From the NCBI RefSeq assembly GCF_000143415.4, contig NW_003314267.1:2583839-2647838 (forward strand): a stretch of 64,000 nucleotides of DNA, written 5' to 3'. The stretch comes from Selaginella moellendorffii (taxonomy: Eukaryota; Plantae; Lycopodiophyta). Of the stretch, positions 1 to 10,789 are shown piece by piece; within the stretch, counting starts at the first letter, position 1, and every line of letters starts with the position of its first letter. Under the pieces are notes generated by a model that saw only the letters and a list, made by a program, of their open reading frames with translations, ran no database searches and was not told the DNA's origin. The position numbers and the translations under genes are program-made.

Positions 1-1918
1 CCGAGTTCGGAATAAAAGTAATGGAAGAAAAGGTAGAAGTAGAGGGACGAAGAAGTACAAAAGTGAGGAATGAATGAAATATAAGGAAGTATGAGACAAG
101 GGGGAGAAGCCTCAAAGTCACACTTAGCATGATTGCACTGCAACCAATCCATACCAAGGATGAGGTCAAAAGCTTGGCTCGGCACCACCCACAATAATTG
201 CAACTCAAGCTTGAGATTGCCCACACGCACAACTAGGTCCACCTCATCCCATGCACATACATGTGTACGGCCGTTGCCATAAAGAATGAAAACTGGTTCC
301 ACCGCACGACGCAAGTGTAGACGGCAATGTGTGGCAACAAGTCAAGCAATAGAAAATAAACTCGAGCCTGTATCAACCATCACAGAGAGAATAATAGGAA
401 ACCTCATGTTATAAAAATGTGTTTGGAAAGTAAACATTGGATGAACCGGTGCCAAGTGAACCCCTTGATGATACTCCCGAAAGAAAGATGAGAGGTCACT
501 AACTTATTCGAGCAAGGTCCCTCCATTACTCACGTGACTCCTTATTTCCTGAATGCATCTCAGTGTCCAAACCTTCCACTGCAGCAGCACCAACAGGACG
601 TTGTTGACGCCAAGGTCTCCACCCAAGAAATGGAGGTCGCCAATCTAGAAAACGCCCATAATGCCGATAAGTGTGACCAACTTCATCACATGCTCAACAG
701 CGAACATCATAGCCATAACCACGTCCTCACCCTTGTCCTTGGACTCGAGCAATAGTAGCATCAGCCTCCATTGGAATAGGACCATCGCAAACAAAAAGTG
801 GAGCTGAAGGACGGGCATTGAAAAGTGGAAGAGGCAACGTCTCATAACGTTGTGCTAAGCAAAGAACATGGTGAAGGGTGGCGAGAATAAGTGCATGCAC
901 CAATCTGACAAGATCTTGATGAAGTGCTAGCCACAACATTCCTAGCTTGATCCGCTCCGACATATTTAACTCCGCACGAGGCAAAAGACTTCGGAAACGA
1001 ATGCCAAATTACATCACAGACTCAAATGGCCCTTGGTGAAGATGATGCAATTGTTAGAAGGCATCATCACAATCATTGGCATGTCTGAATGCACATTTGA
1101 AGACGTTTGGGAGAACACTCTAATCCCCATGAGTGGTTACGCTCAAATCATTGTACGATTGCAATGCTGTCCTTTGGAGACATATGGGAAACTCATGCAA
1201 ACGTCTAGCATCATCCCAAGAATGATATGTGGCAATCACCGTGAAGTGATCGAACCAATGGTACACATCATCCCCAGGATTCCCACGAAAGAACTCTGGT
1301 CGAACGTGAGGATTGGCACCAAGAGCAGGAGGATTTGTACCACATGCTGTGAATGCTGCCATCAATTGAGTTTTGTTGTTCAATTGCAAGCGCATAGCAT
1401 CAAGCAATTGTACCAACTGTTGCTCTAGAGTCAAAAGAAGAAACTGTTAATCTGCCATGAACATGAATGAAAAGGAAAGAACAAAAGAAGAGAAATGATA
1501 AAAAGCTAGAAGGAAATGGAGATCTAGACAATACAAAAAACTAGATCTAAATCAAAATTCTGAAAGGAAAGAATAAAAGAAAGGAAATGGAAAAAGCTAG
1601 ATCTAACCCAAAATCCTGAAAGGAAAGAATAAAAGAAAAGAAATGGAAAAAGCTAGATCTAGACAATGCAAAAGCTAGATCTAAACCAAAATCCTAAATC
1701 TAAGCACTCTTTAGGGACAATCAAAAGTGCCCCTCACCTCCACTAATGTGAGTGTTTAGAATATGGAAAAAGAATACAGAAAATGTGTATATCAATTAGC
1801 CCAAAAACCCTAGCTTATAGAAGCAAGTGGTCCGGATTGAAACTAATCTGACAGCTACCAAATTCCCACTATGCTAATATTAGTATATGGCATCCTTGGC
1901 GTACATTTGGCCCTCATA
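1..1918 (-). mobile_element. Ty3/gypsy LTR retrotransposon, family A copy 1 (gag/protease region plus 5' LTR; continues beyond window start)
   Basis: Gag-like fragments (PEFFRGNPGDDVYHWFDHF, 1120-1434) and a protease-like V-D-T-G-S motif near 365-382. Collinear with 17760-19600. LTR at 1747-1918 (TGTGAG...CTCATA) with a PBS remnant just inside. Confidence 0.9.
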
Positions 1919-2130
1919 ATATTAAACATTGATTATAAATTTTTTAGAAAAGTTTAAATAATTTGTTGTGCTTTGCAGCACATTTGATTTGCTTTGGATA
2001 TTCATGAATTCATAATATATTTTAATATACAAGACCAATACATATATCCCATCTGTATATATAAAGTAATATGTTAATTATAATAGTATAGCATATAAAA
2101 TGTCTATTGAACTGAATTTGATCCATCCAT

Positions 2131-2330
2131 TTCTATATATAAGAAAAGGTGTAAACCCCCAACTTATTTCTATATTCCAAACACTCACACTAGTGGAGTT
2201 GAGGGGTAATGCAAATTGTCCCTAAAGGGCAAATGGCAATACTTTACTTAGTATTTAGTTCTTATTCCTTTGTTCCTTTTAGATTTAGATCTATGTTCTT
2301 TTCTTGCTAGATCTAGGATTGTAGCAATTC
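2131..2330 (+). repeat. Degenerate LTR 3' end plus PBS/leader related to family A
   Basis: TATTCCAAACACTCACA followed by CTAGTGGAGTTGAGGGG resembles the family A LTR/PBS junction in the opposite orientation. Confidence 0.5.
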
Positions 2331-2427
2331 ACTAGGAGGAGGTAAAAATACTAGGTATATGAATAAAACACTTGCATACATATTAGTTTTTTAATTTTAA
2401 AACTATTTTAATATACAAAACTCACAT

Positions 2428-2603
2428 TGTGAGTGCATGGAATATGGGAAGGGAATGTAGAAAATGTGCATCTCAATTAGCCCAAAAACCCTAGCTTATA
2501 TACAGAAGCAAGTGGTCTAGATTGAAACTAATCCGACGGCTACCAAAATCTCACTACACTAATATTAATATACAGCATTGTAGCCATACACTTGGCCCTC
2601 ACA
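2428..2603 (-). repeat. 3' LTR of family A copy 2 (176 bp)
   Basis: TG...CA ends; matches the LTRs at 1747-1918, 19462-19733 and 47349-47524; abuts the PPT. Confidence 0.92.
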
Positions 2604-2824
2604 TCATTCCCTCCTCTTGGAATAATGGAAGACTATTAAGGTTCTCTTGTAGATGGGCCGGGATTTGGAGGAATGTCAGGAGGAGGCATTGGCAGATTTG
2701 TAGGTGGTATTAACTGCTCCTGATCCCTTTGTATGAAGTGTTTCATCTGTTGCACATGCACAATCTTTGGAGGATCGCTCTGCTGGATGTCATGCTGAAC
2801 CTCATAAACCTGTGGTCCAACTTG

Positions 2825-2848
2825 AAGCTCTATTTCGTTAAAGTGGGA
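2825..2848 (+). repeat. Left terminal inverted repeat
   Basis: Exact reverse complement of 15064-15087. Confidence 0.95.
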
Positions 2849-3252
2849 ACTTGTAAAATAAGGTTTCCAAACCTTTATATAGTATATAAATATAACAAAA
2901 TTCAACTGCATTGAGGCACATGCCATTTTATTTTAAACAAGGAAATGTCTACTCAATCACTTCTCCTCCCCCTGCCATTGCTTCACCTCTCTCTTCTCCT
3001 TGTCATCGTCGTTCAATTTCTTTCCATCCTTTTAATATTGGCTCAGTTGCTCCGAGTCTAGGTGGAGCCCAAGTCCCCATTCAATCTTTACTTTCCCCTT
3101 ATTAATAAAACAACTTCGTAGACTTCCAATAACATGCTGTAACACTTCTAGTATAATGCAAATCCTCTCAAAGAATTGTCTTTTAATATTAATACAATGG
3201 CATGGAACCCCATGCCATAATAAGTTACATTTTTAAATAAATACATGCCATC

Positions 3253-6200
3253 TCAGACTGTTATTTTTTGCCTCCAACGCCTATACAATAATCTTGGAAT
3301 TTCATCACTCTCCACACTATCAGGATTTAAACCCAATAGTAATGCCATCTCTTCTCTAATACGTCCACGCTCATGTTCAGTGGTCAAAGAACCCATCCGG
3401 TTGAGCAGATTATGGAGATGCGGATAGTGCTTGGCTAGACAATATACATGCCATAAATGATGATTGGTGTCTGTCCGATCAAATGGCTTCTGATATACCG
3501 TTCCATCTGCCATTTGGTTGATTTCTGCAACCACCTCCTGGACTGGCCGGTTCTCTATCACCATCGCTCCAAGCCGTTTTGCAAGGTCCCCCAGAACATA
3601 CAGTTTTTTCTCCCTAGTTTCCATACTGCAAGAGATGGGGTGCACTGCATATGTGTGCGTGTTCGCTGTAGTTTTAATCGGCGAGTCATCGATGATGAGG
3701 ATTTCACTTGACCTAGCAGTCCGGTTCATCACTACAGCCTCTAGCTTGACAAAGATGGGCTTGCTACCCCTCACATGGACCATAGTCAAGCAATCCTCCT
3801 GCGTTAGGAGAAAGTCAAATGGTAATATTACTCGCGTCTGATCGTGCATCATCTGTAGCAACGTTAATGCCTTGTGGTGCATCATGGATGTCCAAACTCC
3901 CAATTGCAAATTGAACTCGGCCCTCTGTTTTAAGTGTCGCATGGTCATTATTAGATCCCGCAGTTTCTCCCATGTGATTAATGTGAATCTGTCTCTTTTG
4001 ACCAAATTGTGACCGCAGGCTTTGGAGGGTGCAGTGACATTCGAGGACGAGCCACGCTCATGGGAGAAAAGGACACCGTTCAGATCAAAAACGATACAGT
4101 ACCTTCGCCGTGACTCTGAAATGAAATGCGTCAGCATAAAAAATGGTACAAGTCAATTTTGCCATCTACAATATTAGCGAATGGTGCTCCCGTTGGTCGT
4201 TGAGAGGGTTTTGGTCGAGGAAACGTGAAGGGCGGAAATACTCTCCTCTGCAATGTGGGGTCATTCGCATCCGATGGCGTGTGGGCACATGCCATTTCAG
4301 CTGTAGACTCTGGTACAACTGGCTCAACAGTGGCATGGGGTGGTTCCGATGGCGTGTGATCACACGCCATTTCAGCTGGTGCCTCTGTTGGCAAATTGGA
4401 CATGACCGAACAGGCAGCAGGGGCGGTGTAGGGAGGTTCCAACGGCGCGTAGTCAGACGATTGGGCACACGTTGAATCCGTTGGAAATGAGGATACGACC
4501 GGCTTGGCGGCTGGGGCAGCCTCATGCGGGTCCAATGGCGCCTGGTCACCGTCAGTTGGATACGTGGACAAGATTGACTCAGTGGTATGGGCAGCATCAA
4601 GTGGAGCGTGGTCAGCTTGCTTGGCATTGATATGGATAGTAGCCTCCACCAGCTCTAATGACTCTTGCAAGCAAGTAGAGTCCACTGGCGGATCCATATG
4701 CATGTCCAAATATCTTCATTCGATTGAGATGGTATCCTCCCGTGCTACTAAAAACAAACTCATTAGCACATTGAATCGACTATACTGTATTTACCATCAA
4801 CTGCTATTGAGGAACTAGGATCGATATCACTTGGGTGCACTGCTGATTCTAAGGGATTGGACATACGTTTCGACCCTTGCTTGGCACTATCCTTCCTCGA
4901 CACTAAAGGCTAGAGTTTGTAAATTCAACTGCATAATCTCTACTTACCATTTGCTCTGCGACCTACATGGACAATGTTAAAAATGGTAAAAGGTTAGGAA
5001 TGGATGTACTATTATTTACCTGATGGTTTGTCTTGTATGACCTTCCTCCGCTGCTCTTTGGCCACCTCAGGCTGGCCATCGTCGTCATCATCGTCGTCGT
5101 CGTTATTGTGATCCAAGTCCTCTTCGTCCTCCTCTTCTTCGTCCTCCTCTTCTTTGTCCTCCTCTTCGTCCTTCTGCTCTTCCTACTCATTATCTTTCTC
5201 TGGCTCTTCATCCCCCTCCTGCATTTCTTCCATAGGCTGCTCAGGCTGGATGGCTTGTTCTTCCAGGACCATCTTGGGAAAATCATCTGGCCGAGTCTCC
5301 ATCTCAAAATACAAGACATCCATAGTCTGTTTTAGTGCGTGACCTAGGACCGTATCCTCACCCGACTGTCTTAACATGGTTTCTACACGTTCTTGCACCC
5401 TTCGAAGACGACGAGATGAGAAAAACGTGGCCCTGACTTGAAAAGCATCCCTCATCCATTGTACCTCTCCATTGAGATTGGGGAAGGGGAGTCTGCCATA
5501 GGAATCTGAGTCAGGAGGTGGTGACTGGCTGCTTTCACTCAGCCCTTGATCTGCAATGAATGGCATGAGCACACACGCCATAACCGCGAGGCATTACCTA
5601 TCATCTTTTCGTTGCCCTTCTTCCTTTTCGAATCAAACGCCTCTGATCCTGACAACTATCCAACGTGCTTTCGCTTTTTATGACCACTGTCAGTTTGAGC
5701 TTGGCTGGTGCTTGCCTGTTTTGCCTTTGAAGAAGTGTCTCCTGCAAGGAATGGTATGAAACCACACGCCATTGCAAATATAATTTGTACCTCCTTTTTT
5801 CCTATTGCTTGTCTGTTTGTCCTTCTTCGATGCGCCACTAGCCTCGTCTCGCCCTTCATTGTTCGGTAGTAGGGGATCACGTCTGTGATGTCGGGTGTTA
5901 CTGGACTTGCCAGCATCTTCTGCTTCAGTTTCTCCACCCACTCATCAGATACTAGCTTGTGGTTGTATTTGCTTTGGATGTCGATACAGCTCACGTCGAT
6001 TGTATATACTTTGTTGGAATAGTAACAAGTACTATTATTTGCGACGATTTTTGCTGCCTCTTCTTGCTCTTTCTGCTCTTTGTGGCTCTTCTTTTTGGTG
6101 GGTGTAGTGTTCGAACCCGAGGCAATGGCATCACCGAGTAGCTTCTTTTTTGGAGCAGGAGAGTCAGACGTCGGCTTGAGCTTGACCACCCTTTTCTGCT

Positions 6201-6800
6201 TCGGGGTAGTTTCCAGATCGACCCCCTTCCCCTTCGCTTCGTGAACTGGAGGCACTCTCAACGGCTCAATGTTGGAATATAGTTTTTCAACATCGCCGTA
6301 GGTGAGGTCCGTGGATTCCATGTGATCTTCATAGACCCGCAGCATCTTTGAAATTGTGGGCCTCCTGGACAACCTCTCCCTAGCTCCCTCTAGGAATTCC
6401 TCATAGCCGCTGCCCCCCTCCGGGAAGCCGCTAGGATGTGCAAGGTGGATCTTGAAGGCGGACGCTGTCTCTACCACAAGTGCCAGTCCATATTCTTGCA
6501 TGGAACTGCATGGAGTGTCTGTCACTTGGATGACGATCCCCATGCATTATTTTCTCCCACCATCTGTGTTGTACAGCCTCAGATCCTCGCCTTCCATCCC
6601 GAAAGTCCAACTGGTGAGCTCCTCCCCCTTCTCTGCATCCACATTGATAGTGGCTGGAAGAAGAACACAATTCCTCGCCTGATCAGAAATGCACAACAAT
6701 TAAAGCTGACAGATGAAAAGCTAGCAGCTGGAAATAACGTGAGGCCACACGCCATTCACCATTGCATCAGATGTCTTGAGGCTGCATCCTAAGATGGCGT
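3253..6800 (-). pseudogene. Multi-exon transposon accessory gene: basic and acidic low-complexity regions, Pro-rich repeats and a C-terminal FCP1/NIF-like HAD domain
   Basis: Last exon 3253-4115 has HAD motifs IVFDLNGVL, GVWTS and LIIDDSPIK. Plausible short introns: 4116-4162 (GC-AG, joins in frame), ~4747-4792, ~4910-4947, ~4963-5018, 5551-5597 and 5742-5790. At least one in-frame stop near 4716. The 5' end is uncertain. Confidence 0.7.
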
Positions 6801-7127
6801 GAGGCTACACGCCATCTGTAACCGGACTGCACTCGAGAGCCCAATCGGTGCATGCCAATGTTGCTACTGAATGGCATGTGGCCTCATGCCATTTTCTACT
6901 TGGCCTAAAAGACTTACCATTTGAAGCCGAATGGAGGCATGACAATCGAGGCCGGACTCGCTGGCGAATGTGCACTGTGTGTGCAGCGGATTGTAGCAGC
7001 AAGGCTACTCTGCCACTTACAGTTGGAGAGTGGCACTGAAATCTCCCGGGATGCCAAGTGGGCTGCGTATGGGTGGCGGAGTGGGCGGCAAAGTTGGCGG
7101 CGAAGTTACAAACTGGGTGTGTCTTGA

Positions 7128-7275
7128 AGTGGACGCCGATGCACACGAGCGCGATGCGAGCGCAAGTGTGATGCAAGCGCGAGTGGACGCCGATGCACAC
7201 GAGAAACCTGTAGAGAAGGTAGATGAGCGCAAATGTGAGCGTGATCGCGAGTGGGAGCGCGATGCGAGCGCGAGT
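7128..7275. repeat. GC-rich short repeats (GTGGACGCCGATGCACACGAG; GAGCGCGATGCGAGCGC)
   Basis: Each unit occurs twice; located upstream of the accessory gene. Confidence 0.6.
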
Positions 7276-8112
7276 ACGAAGCAAAATGCAAAACCTAACC
7301 TCACACGCGCGAAATGTCACGACGGTTGGTAATCCCGCCACGTCATCATTCCTCGGACTTAGGCGCCACCATTAATTTCTGGATCGCCGCGCACATGCAT
7401 GCACGTGAAATCCAAAAGAAATCCACAACGTCATCATTCCTCGGACTGCATGCACGTGAAATCCAAAAGAAAGATCATGATTGGGATATCATTTAATACC
7501 CTTGCTATATTTATACCATGCATGATTGGATATTCCAAAGCATCTTGTATTTCCAAAAATGCCAAATGTTCAGCTAAATAAAGAATGGTATACAATGTCC
7601 TTCTTGATGAGATCTGGTATAAGATCTGGTTTATCAGAGGATTTGATGTGACGTTCAAGCGTGTGGGCTCATGCAATTTTGATTCCAAAAAATGCACCAA
7701 AAAATGCTCGGTGTCATCTGGCTTTATCTCTTGAATGGCGTGGGGCCGCATGCCATTTTCAGGGGCACATAGGAGTATATTCCTAGAATATTCTGACATG
7801 CACGAGATTTTTTTGAGTTTTCTGGAGATCCAACCGTTAGATCGCAACTAGATTTTACAGAATGGTATACAATGTCTTTCTTGATGACCCTGCAAAGAAG
7901 CATCTCGATCGGACACCACATGAGACCACACGAGCCTTACAATGTTTCAGGGGCATTTGCCATAGATCCGACCGTTATTTTGCTCCAAGATTTTACAGTT
8001 TGGTGTGCATTGACCTTTCCATCGACACTGCAAAGGGATATCACAATCAGATGCGGGATCACAACAAACTAACTTCACTAACTCTGGTTTCACCAAGATC
8101 TACGTAAGGAGT

Positions 8113-9140
8113 TGTAGCGCACCTGAATTTGGAGCTGAACTCCAAGCCCGTTGTGCTACGAAACGAGGGTCCGGTACAATCCCACGAGCACCAGCTCCCT
8201 GTATCCAGCACCTGCATGCAAAATGGTGTCAGACGGAGTCTGGCACAATTTTGGCATACTGGTGGCCTAACGCGAGAAGGAGGGTACTCCACCGACTAGA
8301 GCAGCGTGGAGCTTGGGCTTAGACCCAAGCCGGACGCAAAACAAGGAGTGACACAGCCCAGCGGGAGCCAAACTAATGTCTCAGGTGGTCAGACATGCAT
8401 TCCAACCACTATCCCTACTATACATTTGGAACCCCCCACAGCCCCCCCCCCCTTGAGGGACACACGCTTTGGGCTTTCACCCCAAGCCTCCCTTAGTACC
8501 AGGAGTTAGTCTCTGGGACAAGTCCGAAACTTACTAAATATGGAATGGCGCTAGATTGCGAATTTGGACATGGGACGAACACCATTGTGTTCAGGCCGAT
8601 CTCTACATTCTGTAGATATGCCAAATGAGCGAATCTAGACACTTCCCATAAATAGCATATGGGACCGAAATGAGACCAACACTAAGGGCATGATAGCAAG
8701 GGTGTTTGGCAGACACGGTAAGCTATCATCAATCGAATATTGAGGGACTAGTCTCAATATCACGGGGGTTCCCAACACTAGCAAGTGCAAGTCAGCGAAT
8801 GAGTTTCTCTAACCAGGTCAAGTATGCTTGACAAATAGCATGTAGGAATTCCGTCCTTATGCTCATCTGGTCAAGTGCACATGCGATGACCAGTTTCTCA
8901 ACTAGCTTGAGTGGAGACTATAAAAGGGACCAGCAGTACCGACCTCCTGCCGTCGTGGCAGTAAGGAAAGAGTGCCCGTAAGGATTGGCCGACAAGTATC
9001 TTTCGATACCCGAAGTCACATTCGCGACACTCTCCCCCCCTTGGGGAAGATCGGGGAGCTGGTGCTCGTGGGATTGTACCGGACCCTCGTTTCATAGCGC
9101 AATGGGCTTGGAGTTCGGCTCCAAATTCATGTGCGCTATA
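8113..9140. mobile_element. Solo-LTR-like insertion (family C, 1028 bp) with ~87-bp terminal inverted repeats
   Basis: TG...TA (decayed CA) ends; 5-bp TSD GGAGT at 8108-8112 and 9141-9145; 8113-8199 is the near-perfect reverse complement of 9054-9140. Interior homologous to 20447-20780 and 43365-44040. Confidence 0.85.
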
Positions 9141-9262
9141 GGAGTTATGAAATGAAAGGACCCTCTCTATTGAAATGTGTTTATGGTCCTAGGGGCATTG
9201 TGACATATCAAAGGATTTTGCATCAAGTTCTGTATTTGCATGTTTATCAAGCTACTGAATTG

Positions 9263-9289
9263 CTAAACCCTAAACCCTAAACCCTAAAC
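9263..9289 (+). repeat. Interstitial telomeric repeat (CCCTAAA)n, ~4 units
   Basis: CTAAACCCTAAACCCTAAACCCTAAAC read directly. Confidence 0.85.
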
Positions 9290-10149
9290 ATGTGGCAAAT
9301 GCTGCATGAAGAAAGATGCCCTTTCTGGGCAAATGCTGTAAGAGGTAGATGCCGAGCAGATGTATCTCATGCTAACGAAGGGGACAAACGAAAGCTAGCT
9401 ATAAACACGACGGGATGCAAATAGATTACTAGGCTGGTCCTGCGAAAATCAAAAACCATAATTGAAAACATTGAAAATGCAAAAAGAAAGGTTTATAATA
9501 TTTTTGAATTTTAAGCAACCAAAGGAATGTAAGTAGGGCATGTGTTTGTAAGTTTAAAAATGCCTCAACCACTTAAATTCCCAAGTAAATAAAGCTGTTT
9601 CTATTTTTGGTACAGGTAAACTTTATAGCGTGTGGGCTCATGCAATTTTGAACCAAAAAATGCACCAAAAAATGCTCGACTAGCATTATTCTTTGAATGG
9701 CGTGTGGCCTTATATTGCCATAAATGGACGTACACACACAGCATAATTATTCCTTTACACGGCAAATAATCTTAGCGCAGATCGCTGACACGGCATGGCA
9801 AAGTTCGAATCACTGACATGGCACAGCTGGATCGAGGCAAGGACATGATGTGACAAAGTTCAACCTTCGACAGCAAAGTCTAGAAGCTACTCAGTTTGAA
9901 ATTTGTCAGAGGAATCATAAGATCTGGTTTGTCAGAGGATTTGATATAACGTTCAAGCGTGTGTTATTTTTGAATTCTCGAACTCATTCCTAGGTCTATC
10001 ATTTTTGTGCGCCGTGTTCTTGGTTCCGCTGAGCGTAGTGAGCGCTGCTTGTGTAAGCGGCGTTGTGAGCTGTGGTTTATGCGTCTACAAGCGGTTGCGG
10101 CATTGCGAGCGCCATTGCAAGCGGCAGTTTATGCGAGTGGCAGTTTGTG

Positions 10150-10220
10150 CAAGCGGCGCTACGAGCAGTTGCGGTGTTGCGAGCGGCGCTACGAGTAGTT
10201 GCAGTGTTGTGAGCGGCACT
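10150..10220. repeat. 30-bp tandem repeat, ~2.3 units
   Basis: GCGGCGCTACGAGYAGTTGCRGTGTTGYGA repeated. Confidence 0.65.
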
Positions 10221-10410
10221 GTCTTTGGTGTGGCTACCGCTTCCTCTTGATATTCGGCACTTGTGCTTCCTGGTATGTTCACCATGGAATGGCTTAGGAC
10301 CACATTTAGAAATGGCATGAGGCCACATGCCATCTTGGGCCCTTGCAATTTCATGGCTAGCGTATTGTCATGTATGTTTTTACTTGCCTGCAGCTGTGTG
10401 TATATCAAGA

Positions 10411-10636
10411 TGGCATGAGGCCTCATACCATCTTTGGCCCCTGCTAGCCTATTGCCATATTCCTTTTGCCTTGCTGCAACTGTATATATTTTTGTATGGG
10501 TGACTAGTCACACACACAAAAATATATATAGTTGCAGCAAGGCAAAAAGAATATAGCAACAGGCTAGTAGGGGCCAAAGATAGCGTGAGGCCTCATGCCA
10601 TTAGTGGTACCACTAATGGCATGAGGGCTCATGCCA
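10411..10636. repeat. 190-bp loop-less near-perfect palindrome (10411-10600) overlapping a 56-bp palindrome (10581-10636)
   Basis: Centres TGACTAGTCA (10501-10510) and GGTACC (10606-10611); each is bounded by copies of the 20-bp motif. Confidence 0.9.
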
Positions 10637-10789
10637 ATTTTGTGAATGCGAAATTTCACGTGGGTGTCAATAGCATGTTTGAATAATGGCATGTGGCCTC
10701 ATGCTATTGAGGTTGTTTGGTATGTTATGATTTAAGCCATTCTCCAATCATTTTTTGTATGGTCTTAACTTCTTTTCTGCACTTTCAGA

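Noticed and set aside
2822-2824. Alternative boundary: 25-bp TIR starting with G and a 2-bp TT TSD
   Set aside because: Formally possible, but the 4-bp CTTG duplication fits a Sola-type transposase better; other copies would decide.
6805-7341. 178-aa ORF and overlapping ORFs as a separate gene
   Set aside because: Explained by GC-rich repeats; no recognisable domain, though it could hold a 5' exon of the accessory gene.
9263-9289. True telomere or chromosome fusion site
   Set aside because: Only ~4 units, embedded in transposon sequence.
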